NCBI RefSeq assembly: GCF_963506605.1
Contig: NC_083289.1
Location: 28,024,001-28,088,000, forward strand
Length of the DNA: 64,000 nucleotides
Reading direction: 5' to 3'
Origin: Zootoca vivipara
Taxonomy: Eukaryota
Under the pieces are notes generated by a model that searched no databases, was not told where the DNA came from, and worked only from the letters and a program-made list of their open reading frames with translations. The position numbers and the translations under genes are program-made. Each line of letters opens with the position of its first letter. Position 1 is the first letter of the stretch. Shown one piece after another: positions 1-13,300 of the stretch.

Positions 1-213
1 TGCTGAGAGCTGACAGAGAGCTTGTACACAGCGGCAAAGGAAGGTAGCCAAAGGAGCTGGCACCACTGGACTTCCCTTCCGGGGTTAGGCAAAGCCGTGT
101 GCCTCCCTGCCTGGCCCTGTTGCCTGTGGCAATGGAGGCAGGGCCACTTTTAACTATTTGTTCCTTGTTTTTACCACAATTTTTTAAAACCATTTTTTTT
201 GTATATTAAAAAG

Positions 214-219
214 AATAAA
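214..219 (+). terminator. Possible poly(A) signal of a convergent neighbouring gene (PRC1 by synteny)
   Basis: AATAAA in AU-rich, 3'UTR-like sequence. PRC1 is tail-to-tail with RCCD1 in human, but no PRC1 coding sequence is visible in the window. Confidence 0.25.
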
Positions 220-1347
220 ATGTAAATGTTGCAAAGGGATTCTATAAGTAAGCCTACTCTAGTGCACAACTTGCTGTCTAGTCTAGGGTTCCAGCAGCAA
301 GGGAAGAGGGATCATGGCCCACCCCAAACTATACTCTTGCAAACCTCTGGAACATTTGCTCCTGCCCTCTGCTAGGCAAAGGGTGGAAGAGAGCCCACAG
401 TGGCAGCACTCCGTCCATCCTGTTTACGGGGGCAGAATCTTTACTGCCCTCCTTGGTGCTCATGCGGTTGCTTTTGGGGGAGGGAGTAGTTGCAACAGAA
501 GTGGGGAGGGAAAGCAGGCAGCCCCTAAACTTGCTTGCAGTAGAAAAAGTGATCAGGTCATGGGGCTTTTTAGGATGCTTCCCCATGCTTGCTTCAGGGG
601 TCTTGTTCCACTGGAGAGAAGCACAGCTTACCTTTAGTTATAACAAATGGGGCGGGGCTGACTTCTTGAGCTGGGCTAGTCCTGGTTTCCTCTTGGGATG
701 GGGAAGGAGGAGGAGAGGCTTCTGCCAGCCACCAACCACCCTCCCCATCATCGTGGCTAGATTTGCACCTTGTTTTCACTACAGTGTCCTTTTATTATTT
801 ATTTGTATGGCAGAATGTTCACATCTTGTTTATCTGCTGTTCTGTATAATGACTAATCAATTGTATTGTTCTGATGAGGGCTCTTAGCTGAGGAGAGCAG
901 TCTAACTACTCCATTTCTACCACAATGTCCTGCTGCCTGGCATCTGGCTTCTTGCCCGAAGAACCATGACTGTGTTGCTAATAAGGATGACGGTGGAAGC
1001 AACAGCTTTATTCACAAAATGACTGTTCCAACATCTGTTTTGTCTGTCATGGCAATTTAGTGCTACATAAAATATGCTCTGTATAACTCTGCCTCTGTGG
1101 TGTTCTTGGAGGTGCTAAAACAGCTCCCTCTTTTATCTAAAGATGCCCTTGTGTTGTCCATTGAAGTAGTTGTTACTGGAAGGCAGGTGGAGGGAGGATT
1201 AGATGGAGCCACTACCCCTGATCTGGGACTTGGATAAAGTCAGATTGAGCCTCAACTCAGACAGTTGGACTGGAGCGGCAGTAGGAGTAGGTCCTGTTCA
1301 TGCTGTCTTCCCAAAGGTTTCTGGCTTCTTGCCCTCCATCTCAGCTG

Positions 1348-4300
1348 TTATTGGGCCACAGCATGTACATAGGTAGTCCATGGTCCACATACCACGTCCA
1401 CTACACGTAGACCCCAATCCACAAAGCAGGACACCCTCTTTGCCTCATCAGAGCTCGCTGTCTGCCCATGCCCTAGCTGGCCATATTTACCTGCAACCAA
1501 GAAGAGCTATTGGCACCAGTTTGCCCTTGGAGCAGGAAGAGGAGAAGCCAGAGTACTAACCCTAAGGGCAGCTATAATCCTCCCCCCAGCTTACTTACCC
1601 CAGCCCCAGGTGTAGAGCTCTCCTGCACCTGAAATACAAGGATGACCTGTGTTTAACTGAGGTTGAAGGATAACAGTTGAGCACCTCTTTGGGGGAATGG
1701 GGCAGATCCAAGAAGCAATCGAAAAGGAGAAACCTTCAGGACCCTTTTACGCTATGTTGTGATTTCCCAACCATGCAAAAACCAAAGAGCTTGCGCTGTT
1801 TAGGAACTCCATTTTAAAGTGCAGCAATTTTGACAGCAGTTTTGGGAGGGCTGCTGGACATCCTTACACATAAACTGTGTTAGGAGTCACACATTTTATG
1901 CACATTTGTCTTTCACTCTTGGATGTTTCCCCTTCCACAAATGAGGCTCAGGCGGACAGCAACAGCCCCAGGATATTTTTCAGGTACTGGGCAGTGAAGC
2001 CTTCATCCTGCTGTCCCTGTGCTCCCCTCACTGAAAGACAAACCCAGCGTCCTCTTACATGTCACAGCAGCGGTGTGTCGTGAACCACAGCTGATCTTAC
2101 AGACATCTTCCCCATCTGGCATATCCAGCAAAGCAGGGAAGGCTTGGATCGAAATGAATGCAGCCTTGCAGGGTCCTTGTGCTGCCTCCTGCTCTGCCAA
2201 GCTCAACTCTGTGTCCCCTAGAAAAAACCCAGTATAAATAAAACTATCAAAGTCAACCCATATCCCAGCAACAGCTATGGGGGTGTAGTGTATGGTATGT
2301 TTGCCCTGGGCCAAGTTTGCCAACAGAACATCTAGCTCTGTCCCCGAAGTGGCCTCACCTCTCTTCACCTCTGTCGTGGTGACTCTACTCTCAGCCACAG
2401 ATTTGGAAGGTAGGGCCAGCTGTCCCGTCTCGTTCCAGCCCCAGACGTACAAATCACCTGCTTCTGGCAGAGAGCGAGAAAGAGAGGAACTAGGAGCTCA
2501 GTCCAGGACCAACGTGGCCTTTTTCCCAAGGAAGAGGCCTCACAGGGCTGGCGAAATCTATTCTCCAGCGAAGGCTGGTTCTAGCCCTATGAGGGATTTG
2601 GCTTCCCATGCAGAGGGGAGTTTATTATTTGAAAGTGATGGGAATGGGAAGGGTTGTAGCAGAAGCCTCACCCCCAACTTTATATTTTTGGGTTTATAAC
2701 TTTAAGAAAGATTAAGACAGAAAAGGTAAATAAGGGCAAAGGAGGTAACTGTTAGCAGTATCTTTAACAGCTGTGAAGAAAAGGGAATTTCACTTCTGTA
2801 GGAGATGCATCTCTCAAACCCCCATGAACTATTTAAGCAGTGGCAATGGCTGACTGGTTGCCTTAAGTCAGCTCTGGCCATTGAAGGAGGAGCTCCAACA
2901 AAAATATTTGGCCGGCCACAGGGTCGCTGCCTCTGTTCAAGGAGCAGGAGCCCAGTTAACCGGACACCACATCAACAATGAGGGAAATGGCCAGGTGCAA
3001 ATGAAAAGGAGGTTCCCTGCAGGTTTGTTCTTGCCAGCCTCAAAAAGTTGACATCAACAATTCCATTGATGTTTTTGTTGCTATTGTTATTATCAATGTA
3101 AAAAAGCAACACACAAACTACAGCAAGTCTATTTTGGGGTGCAGGAATTAGCTAGTCATTGCTTAAGATGGACCACTATAGACCATGCCCTCCCCCCTTA
3201 CCACTAATGCCAGCTGAATGCCATCCTCCAGCCGCCACATCCACCAGGGGCACCCCGTGCAAGGCTTCCACCAGCTGGGGCTCTGTCCTGCTCTCCAGCT
3301 CCCCATGGCCCAACTGCCCATGCCTGGGAAGAAAAGACAGGAGGAGGAGAAGCCACCATGATTCCCCTCCACCCAATGCAGAAGCCCACCTGGCACTAGG
3401 TAAGAACCTAAGAAGAGGCTTGCAGGATTTGGACCATTCTAGTCCAACATCCTGTTCTCATATTGGCCAACCAGATGCCTGTGGAAACCCACAAGCAGGA
3501 TCTGAGCCTAAGAGCACCTCTCCCTTCCTCTACTGGCTTCCAGTAACTATGGAGGCAGAACATAGCCATCATGGCTAGTAGTCATTGAGAGCCCTCTCCT
3601 CCATGAAGTTGCCCAACCCTCCTTTAAAGTTGCCAGCCATCACTGCCTCCTGCAGGAGGTCGGTCGCTAGTTTTAACTATAGCCCTGCCAGGAGGGCAAG
3701 GCTAGTCCTCACCTGTGCCAGACTCACCTGCCGCCTCCCCACGAGAAGAGGGCCCCCTCTGTGTTCAGCAGCACCGCATGCTCGTAGCCCAGGGCCAGCT
3801 TGCGAGCCTGCAAGGTGGAGGGCAGAGGGGTGAAGAAAGGGGGCCGAGGGGCCACGTACCCGCCAGGCACCAGGGGCAGCTCTGAGGCAGAAGAGAAAGA
3901 GGGTTAGGGGCAGAAGGGATGAGCCTCCTGGGGTGCAGCAACAGCGTCCTCTTCTTTCAGGGCGGCGCTTCTGCCCGCGCACCTACCTACCTACGGTCGC
4001 TGCTTCCTCAGGGAGGATCTCGCACCTCCACGCCGGCTCCCCTTCCAGGACCAGGGCCAAGCCCTCCACCGGCCAGCTCTCCATCGCCGCCTCCCGCAGC
4101 ACCAGCACGTGGGTCTCCGACGGCAGCACGTCCCGACAGTCCTCGGGCAACGCCGCGCATACCGCGCCTTGCAACAGCACCGGGGGGGACCCTGCGGGAG
4201 GCAGAAGGCAAGACGGGGCGAGGGGGGGGGCGGATTGGAGCTAAGTCCAAGCGGAGCAGGAGGCAAAGAAAGAATATCGGGGCCACAGAAAAGGAGGTCA

Positions 4301-4799
4301 CACACCCCCCGCCGCCGCCAGGGACGATCAGGCAGCAACCTAGAAAGGCGGCTTGGGGCCATCATCAAGGCTCATGGAAAAACGGGATGGGGTTCCTGTG
4401 ACCTGTCTGGCGTCGTGGGGTTGCATCTCCCACAGCCCCAGCAAGCAGGGGAGCGGAGTTTGGGTGTGCTGATGGGGGGTGCAGAGCAGCATCTTCCCCA
4501 CGGCCGGGATCCCTTAGTCTGTCCCTTTTATATGCCTTGGAGCGCGCGGTTCCCCGCTCCTGCTCAGCCTAAGAAAAAGGGGTGGGGAAGCATGAACCCC
4601 GGGACTCTGGTGGGCGCCTCTCACCGCCGGCGCGGACGATCCCGGAGAAGCTCCAGCTCGGCCTGACGCAGCGCACTGGCCCGGCCTCGCCCCCGACCAG
4701 CAGCGGCGCCACTTCCAGCCCGGCCTCCGTCGCCTTCCCGAAGCAGAATCCGAACTGGAACCAGCCACCGTCGCCGCCTCCCCGAGCTCCCTCCGCCAT
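1348..4799 (-). CDS. RCCD1: RCC1 domain-containing protein 1 (8 coding exons, ~362 aa)
   Basis: Exons: 4799-4625, 4191-3991, 3881-3728, 3323-3202, 2463-2359, 2217-2059, 1628-1599, 1490-1348 (TAA). All GT-AG with matching phases, 1089 nt in total. Peptides [72 protein letters not shown] and VCGPWTTYV match RCCD1 RCC1 repeats. Position next to UNC45A is syntenic. Confidence 0.95.
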
Positions 4800-4930
4800 C
4801 TCAGCCGCCCGGAAGGCGAGCGCCTCTTGCGGCGGGACGTGGACAAGACGCGCCTCGGTCGGCTGTTTCCACCCTTTCCCTGGCTCTGGCGGAGGCTGCC
4901 TTGGGTCGCCCTGGTGTCCCGCTACCCTCC
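3980..4930 (-). promoter_or_regulatory. RCCD1 CpG island (exons 1-2 and promoter)
   Basis: High CpG density around the ATG at 4799. Confidence 0.55.
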
Positions 4931-5579
4931 CCCCCACGCCCGAAAACAACTTGCTCTTTCCGCTCAAAGTTGATGGCTATTGCCATTCAAATAGTGTGCA
5001 TGCGCTGCATCATGTGATCGATTGTGTGGGGCGGGGCTTACCTGGCCCGCCCAATATTTTATTCAAGTTGGCACCCCTGGTCTGAGGAATCAACTGGAGG
5101 TGTCCCCCTTGCTTCCCACCCCCGAAAACAGAAGAAGGAACAGCTTAGCCTCGTAGGTGCCTGAGGCAGTGAACTGGGGCAGTACTGGACTTACAGTGCT
5201 TCTTAGAAGGTAATGGTTGTTCCTTCACATCTGTCATAAGTCATAGCTGCCAAGTTATCCCTTTTTTTAAGGGATTTTCCCTTATGCTGAATAGGCTTCC
5301 TCGCGAGAAAAGGGAAAACTTGGCAGCTATGTAGAGTCATAAGCTGCAAGCAACCCAGGTTGCCCCAAGAGCAAGTCCCATGCAGTTCAGTGGGATACTT
5401 CTGAGCAGACACACAGGAGCACAGTAACTGCCTCCCCCTCCCCCCTGTACAATGAAGCTGAGAGAGACAGTGGTAGAAGGAATGCCTCAACATATGCTAT
5501 AATTACGTGGGTTAAGTCCCCTTGGGCTTCCTGCTCAGTAGGCAAGCCTAAGAGTGCACATTAACTCTGCTTTTAAATA

Positions 5580-5680
5580 CAGGTAGGTAGACGTGTTGGT
5601 CTGAGTCGAAACAAAATAAAAAAATTCATTCAGTAGCACCTTAAAGACCAACTAAGTTTTTATTTTGGTATGAGCTTTTC
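5580..5680 (+). mobile_element. Penelope-like terminal fragment
   Basis: GTAGGTAG.CGTGTTGGTCTG..CAGTAGCACCTTAAAGACCAACTAAGTTTTTATTTTGGTATGAGCTTT; further copies at ~23040-23178 (minus) and ~23722-23920. Confidence 0.55.
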
Positions 5681-6322
5681 GTACTCTGCTTTTAAAATCA
5701 CCCAAGGCTTTTCTTCCCTGCCCCTTATCAGAGAAACAGCTTGATGCTTGTGTTACATGTGTTGTTGTTATCTTGAATGAAGCTGTGGAGAGAATATCCT
5801 AAATAATTCAAACCAGGAGCAGAGAGGAACTATTATGATGCCCCTACTACTGCCAAGCAGCTGGTGAAGAAGCTGGACCACAGAAAACCAGGGCAAGCCT
5901 GAAACCTTTCCCTGGTTGACAAAAGGCGCTGCTTTGGCAGGAGAGGGGGTGGGGGCTGAAGTACCTCTGCCCAGCTACCGATGGTGGTATTGCTAGTGAA
6001 TAAAACAGCCAGTGGAGAAAACCAGGAGCACTTCTGTGGCTTTCTTCGCGAAGGAGTTTGAAGGACTTTTCATTCTTCTGCAATTTCAAAAACCTCTGTG
6101 GGATGGCAGACCCCCCCAAATCACCTGAGAAACTTAACCTGACACCACCCCTTGTTGCACCCATATCAAATAGTCCATGGCTCTCTTGAGGGTTGAAAAC
6201 TAAAATCTCATTTTTTCTTTCCCCAACACATGAGGTGATATGAAGACTTTATCTTATTCTTCCCTGCAAATGACAGTTCATTCCATGACACCTACAGTAG
6301 AACCAGCTCCAGGCCCAGTTTT

Positions 6323-6378
6323 AAAGGCAGCTGGCCTGGATTATGGCCTGGATTCAAAGGCAGCTGGCCTGGATTATG
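6323..6378. repeat. Short local tandem duplication (AAAGGCAGCTGGCCTGGATTATG x2 with a partial unit between)
   Basis: Direct repeats visible in the sequence. Confidence 0.7.
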
Positions 6379-7376
6379 AAAGTGCTGCAAAGCCTCCGCC
6401 ATGCCCCCACTTGGTTTTTTAAAGTAAAATGGGGAGGGAGAGTTTAAAACCCTCAAAAGTATGCCATCTGTTAGTACATGGCAAGTGCGTGGTTGCTTGC
6501 AAGAGTTTAATATAAAGCAGGACGGAGGGGGCTTCAGCCTTCGCTCCTGGGCCATAGGACACTGGCTTGGTTGTTCTTCCTTGTGGGAGGGAGGTTGGAC
6601 CAAGTGGGAAGGGGTCCGATCATCTTCTCCCTCTGCCTGAGTCACTCTGGAGGTCAGACATATCCCTAAATGGTGATGGGTCCCGTCCCCCCAATTTACA
6701 TACAGCCTAGTACAGTTCTCTCCCCATTCGATCAATGCAATATTGAGAAACACAAGAAATCAGATTTACCGAAAAAGTCATCTGTATAGTTTCCCATAAT
6801 CTTTTCATACAGTTTACATTCTTTCCACATCATCTTTGCTTACAATAAACTGTGGTCCTGTCTGCCAAAGAGGGCAAGAGGAATGGATTGTCAGTAAGGC
6901 AGTTTCTTCCTACCCCAAGGGAGGGGAGGAGGCCTCAGGAGCTGCAGCCTCAGACCATGAAGGAGCAGCTCCAGAGGGACAAGAAGGCTGTGACTTCCAG
7001 CAGCAGGAAATTTTAAAAAGGCAGCCATGCAGCACAAGCAGCTCCGTGACCCCAAGCCTTGGGGTAGTTGGGGAGCCCACCACCCGTCACCACCAGCACT
7101 GCCAAGGTATGTGGCAGCAGCAGCCCAGCGAGACCCTCCTCCAGGTGAGAGGCAGCTAAGAGCACCAAGAGGCTGCAAAACAGGCCCTGGAGCTGCCTTC
7201 TGTGCCTCAAAATGGTGGCACCAGCCCCTGTGGCTCTGATGGGTTCTAGCGGCAATTGCTGTGGCTCACTCCCCTGGTCCCAGCAGCCCCAAGCCCCCTC
7301 CCTCCTGTGCCCTGGTGCCTGTGCCCAGCAGCAGCGACAGTGCAGTGTGCCCAAGCAGGTTGGAAGGGGGAAGCTC

Positions 7377-10300
7377 TCACTCCTCCTCCTTCTCAGCAGC
7401 TGCAGGAGGGTTGGGCTTGATCAAGCCATAAGCCACAGCCTGCGCCAGGCACTCCTGGGCCACTTGGGCAATTTGGGGCTTGTCCCTGGCCTTGGCCATA
7501 ACAGACAGGATCTCCATCGTCTCACTCTCCATCAGCTTCTCGGCCACCTCCTTGTCAGCAGCCACCATGTTCCTCACTACCACCACCCCACGGTGCTGGA
7601 GCTCAGTGCCAGGGCTGAGGAGCAGGGCCTGCAGGATCTCCAGCCAGTGAGTTGTCTGGGGAAAGAGGGTGAGAGGTCAGTTAGCAAGCAGGAAGGAAAC
7701 CCTGCCTCCACCAGTTCCTGGAGACCCTCCACAGGCCTGTCATGCCAAGTGGGCAGCTGCTGGGCTCAGCCCACCCTCCAGGCAGTACTCACCACTTGAG
7801 GGATGCGGGAGCAGATCTGGGGCAGCAATGAGGTCAAGACGGCCAGCGTCCCTGAAGCTGCCCGCTGCAGCCTCTCGTCGTCCTCCCCGCTGTACAGGAC
7901 CAGTAGCTTGAGCCGGTCACTGCCCTCCACCAGGAACAGCTCCCCAACCTGCCCGAAAGAGAGGTATGAGTGGAGATAAACCTCCTGAGGCCCCCGCACA
8001 GCCAGGTGGCCCAGTACCCCCACTCACCTCTGGGCTCAGTGCCATGTTGCACATGCACTCAGTGGCTGCCAAGCGGATCATTTCGTGCTCCTCAAACATG
8101 TAGCCCTCGATCATGGGCACGGCCTTCTCCTTCACAATCTTCTGCCTGCAGGAGGAGGAGCCAGCAGGAGAAGATAATGCCCCCTGCCTCCAAGGAACGT
8201 AACCGTCCCAGAGGACATGGCTGGGACCCAGGGAGATGGCCAGCCTGCCTGCCTCCCTGGCCTCCCTCTTCAGCCTTACCGGAGCCGCTCACTGGTCCCC
8301 GCCAGGTTGGTGAGAGCCATCAGCCCCTCGAAATTCTGCAGGGCATTGCGGTTCAAGTGCAGGAGGCCCACCAGGGGCCGGACCACCTCGTAGATCTGCA
8401 GGAGGAGAGAAAAAAGGCTCAGGGCGGTGAGGAGAGGTAAGGGGAACCCGACCCCATCCACTGCCTTGCTGTGATACTGCCCTGACTCCACACTGACCCG
8501 TTCTCCCGGAAAAGCCATCTCAGGGGCGGTGGTGATTGTGATCTTTGCCAGGGCCTGCGCAGCCTTCGTCTGCCCTATTTCAGTGCCTTCCAGGGCCAGA
8601 GGGATGAGTGCCTAGTGGTGGAATAAAATCCATATTCTGCTTGACTGTGAAAAAGCCTTGATGCCCCAGTGCTGCTGCAGGGAAAGCCAAACAGGAGAGG
8701 GTGTATATGCATGTGTGAGGCTCACCTTCCCGCCTCCAGCAGCCACCACAGCCCCTCGGTCCTCAGGGTCTTCCACGACAGCCAGGAACACCCTGTAGCA
8801 CACAATAGCAGGCACTGAATGTGGGACCCAGAACTCTCTCCACACAGACAACACACAGCAACTTGAGATCACAGGAAGGCGTCATCTTGGCTCAACTGAA
8901 TTTTCTGAGCTCCTTGGCTAAGCAGAAACCCACAGGTAAGAAGGCCAGCATGTCTCCTCTGTGTAGCAGGTCTGGAGGACTTGCCTTTGAATAGCAACTT
9001 CAGAGGGGCCAGCAGGGCAGCGAGGAGTGAAAAGGCACCCAGGGCTCAGGGAAAAGGGCAGGCTCAGGCCAGACTCTTCTATTCTACTGCTTCAAGTGGG
9101 ATATTTACAATGCAGTCAAAACCAACAGTTCATTATTGCTAGGTAGGCACTTGGTAAGAGCTGAAACTCACAAGTGTTCTCCTGTAAGTTTGCTAGAGTG
9201 AACTCTCTGAGAGACACTCCCACTGTGCTGTGACAGGGGAAGGGCATAGCTATATATATTCTTTTACCTGTTTGGGCAAATCCTCTTTTTTCATCACTTT
9301 CCATCAAACCAAAAATGCGAAGAATATCTGCTGTGTCTGAGCTCCAATGCTGAGACACCATTTTAAACTAGACTAAAGTATGTCTTTGTAACTGAATTAC
9401 CATTATAAGCCTGCCTGAACAAGGCTGATACTCTTCAACAAATATTCTGAGTGAGCAAATGTTACTTTGACCTTTTACAAGACTTTTTGTGTGATGGTTA
9501 TTTTAAGGGGGAGAAAATGGAGAAAGGCCAGGAGAAATCCAGTCTGCCTTAAAGCACCTTGGATTATTTAAACTAAAAGGTTAAAACTAGCTTATTTAAG
9601 CTTCCCTTTCAAGCTGCAAAGGGATGGCACTCTGCTGAACTCACAAACACGAGCAAGGAAGAATGTCTAATAAATATATCCCCTCCTAGCATATATTCAT
9701 ATCTTTACACTTCTATTTTACTGTTCTCTCAAAGAGCCCACTGGGGATACCCTCTCCTCTCAGGGGTGTATGGTCCAAGGGCAGCTCTTAGAAGCAGAGA
9801 AGTTGCCTTGCAATGTCAACAGTAGGTATGTGACAGGACCAGCTCCCAGCTGCCATGTTTAGCTTCTGCTTGATCAATGATGTTTCGGGCAAGACAACCA
9901 GAGGTATGAAGTCACCTTTCCCCCCCAACCTGGGCACCCCACAGCAGATTCAAATGACAAGAAAGGAGATTCTGACTACACATTACTAAGAGCTTTGGGA
10001 CAGCAGAACGGACTCCCTTAGAAGGTAGCAGATGCTCCCTTATTGGAGGTTTTAAAGCAGGGATTGCATGGCCATCCATCAGGGATTTTTTAACGACGAT
10101 ATCTGCATTGCATGGGGTTGAGCATGATCACCCTGTGGGTCCCTTCCCTTCTATGATTCTATGAAAGCTCTGCAGGGGTCAAGGCCTGTGGCCTGCTGGC
10201 CTCACCTGGAGATCAGCTCCCGGCAGGCAGGGCTCAGGGAGGGGCTTTCAGTCTTCACCATGCAGGTGAGTGCTGACACCACACCGGCGGCCAGCAGCTT

Positions 10301-13300
10301 CCTCACACGTTGGCGCACGAACTCTGGCTTGTCCTGGGCAGGAAGAGATGGAGAGAGAGGATGAGAACAGGCCGTGGGATGCCTCTCCTCCTCCTCCTCT
10401 CGCCCTCCTTGCTCCATCCACCAGCATCTCACACAAGAATTCTGGTCTTTGCATCACAAACTTCTAAAAGCTCCCTACTCCAGCCTCAACTCCCCATTAC
10501 CCGAAAAACCATCCCTGCGGAGGGCAGGGGGGCCAGGCCCAGCCACACACACCCCAGCCTGCTAGAAGGCTTCTATCGGCCCCCTCAGGGCACTCCTCTC
10601 CCCACTCTCACCTTTGGGTGCTTCTCAGGGATGTGTTGCTTGGCGTACTTCGCCAACTCCACCATCTGGGGGTCAGGCTCCTCTTGGTCGTAGCTGCTGG
10701 TGCAATTCACCAGCGTGGAGGCCACTGCGAAGAGAACGCTCCGGTTCTCTGACTGAGGGGAGCAGATCGGTGGCAGGAACAAAGACAAAGAAGGTGGTCA
10801 GTCAGGATCTTCATGATTCTTTGGGACCAGGGACCACCACTTGTGCATTTGTTACCTCAAGACTAGGCTACTACCAGGCAAAGTAAAGTGTGCCCGCCCT
10901 TGAGTACTATTCAGAAGCGTCAGCTGATGCAGAACAAGACAGCCCAGCCATCGAACACCAGAAGCTAATCAGAAGTGATCTCTTAATATCCTTGCACCCC
11001 TGATGAACCGAGTTGGGCAGGTAGGTTGGGCCACACACCTGTCAATCGCCAGATGTAATGGTGATGCTGCACTTTAAAGCCTCAGTTGCCCAGACTTCAA
11101 AGCACAGCATGGCGCTGTGTGAAAGGCTTTTTAGAAGCTGCCCTGCCCTGCTGGGAGGAGCAGTTTTTCCTGAATGGAATCCACTTTCCCGCCAACTTGA
11201 GCAAGGCTAATCAGCTGATGAGAGACTGGGAACAAGCCTTGCCTCAGCAAAGGAGCAACCCCCTTTAAGCTCTCAAGTGTTCCTTTGAAGCCCCCCTTAC
11301 CCCCCCCCCACCTAACATCAGGTGGCCGGGCATGGCTTCCCCAAAATGGTGGACCAAGTTTGGCCCACAGGCCGGAAGTTGCCAACCCCTGCTCCAGAGC
11401 ATGGTCTGGATTTGAAAGCCCTAAAGGGGCCGGGTGGGCCAACTCTACCCCTCTGGGCTGGTCTTCCTGGGGGCAACCAGCATGTCTCTGGGCTGTACAG
11501 AGCCCACTGCGGGGAGATATAATCAAAATGCTTCCGCACAAACAAGATATTTGCATACAGAGAAGAGGCATGTTGTTGCAAGGGTCCTCCAAAACACTCA
11601 TTTACTATGCAGAGAAATCCTTTTCTTCTTGGGTGTTGAAGTGGGGGAATAATTTCATCATGCGAAACTGCAGCTATGGATCTTAAGTGGTACAGCGGAG
11701 ACACTTCACTGAGACTCAGGAAATTTTGCCACAGAACAGCATTTTACATCTTCAAATATATGAAGGGCTATCACATAGAAGACAGAGCAAGGTGGTTTTC
11801 TTCTGCTCCAATGGTAGGAACCCAAACCAATGTATTCAAATGACAACAAAGAAGTTTCCCACTAAACATTAGGAAGAACCTTCTGATGGTAGTTGTTTGA
11901 CAACGGAACAGACTCTCTCAGAAAGTGGTGGGCTCCCCCTTCACTGAAAGTTTTTTAGCAGAGGCTGTATGGTCATCTGTCAGGGATTTTAAACTTTAAT
12001 TCCTGCATTGCAGGGGTTGGACTAGATGACCCTTGGGACCTCTTCCAATTCTACAATTCTAAAAATTACTGCGTACCATATACTACAGCTGGGTTGCTAT
12101 TCCTAAGCAAGGGAAATTCAACATAAACAAGGCAGAGGCAAAAAGAACCTCTGGACATGCCCTCCCACAGATACCCCACCCACCCACTTTGCCCTCCCTC
12201 TTGGAAGAGGACCTCACCCTGGCCAGCCAGAAGAGAGCCTGCAGGGCAGCCTTGTCCTCCAGGAGCTCCTCCTTAACATCCGCATCCAAGGAGAGGAAGG
12301 CCAGTCCCTCAGCTGCCCAGTAGCGGGTGCCGGCATCGATGGCCTCATTGCACAGCCACCTGGAAGCAGGAGAAGGAGAATCAGGATCCCTCCCTAGTGC
12401 CTCTACCAGTTGAGACCCTAGCGGGAAAGGGGCATAGGAAGCCCCACCACCCCATGCTTCAGTGGGGCATGGTCTGTTGCGCAGCCGCCAGAAGGACTCA
12501 TTCTTGTCATCCGTCAGCTCCCACCAGCCCCCAAGATTTTGAGCAGAAGGGGACAGGCAGCCTGACATCCTTCTAAAGGGGAAGGCAGTCATGTGGCACA
12601 GAAGAGGCTAAAGCGCCTGGGACATGGGGGAAGAAAGCAGCGCTCACTCACTTCCGGCACTGCTTGGCCAGCTTCAGGGTAGAGCCTTCCGCAAACTGCT
12701 TCATGCTGAAATCTGTGCCCCCTGCCGAGCCCAATTTGCAGAGGCCCTGGAAAGAGAAACTGTGATGTGCCACAGCCACCACCTGACCCTAGAACTTCCT
12801 TCAATCTGGGAAGATGGAGGAGGAACAGTGTTGGGTCTTGTTGCAGCCAGAAAATGGCTTCCCCCCCCCTCTCCAAGATCTGCTGCCTTTTGCTCACCAC
12901 CAGGGCCCGGATGCGAATGCTGTCGCGCTCACTGTGCTTGTAGATCTCCTTGAGTAGTGTCACCCCATTGGCAGTGATGAAGGTGGCCCGCTTGGCCTTG
13001 TCGGCAGCATGGATCAGGGCCTCCACGGCCACGAGCTGGTCGGCCTCCCGTGATGAGGCGCACAAGGCCAGAATGCTCTCCATGATGCCACTCATCTCCA
13101 GCACCCTGTTCCCAGCCTCAGAGGGGCCTTGCAGGAGACAGGAGGCCGTCTGGATGGCCCGCAATTTCCCAGGGACGCCATGGTCCTGGAACCAGCCCCT
13201 GGGAGGTGAAGGAAAGGCGGCCCGTCAGGAGCAGCCAGGACATTCCAAAGCTGAAACCCCAAGCTCTGCACCAGAAAGAAGGCTGGAGTCTCAAATCCGA

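Noticed and set aside
314-887. Short ORFs downstream of RCCD1
   Set aside because: No recognisable homology or spliced structure; likely 3'UTR or intergenic sequence.
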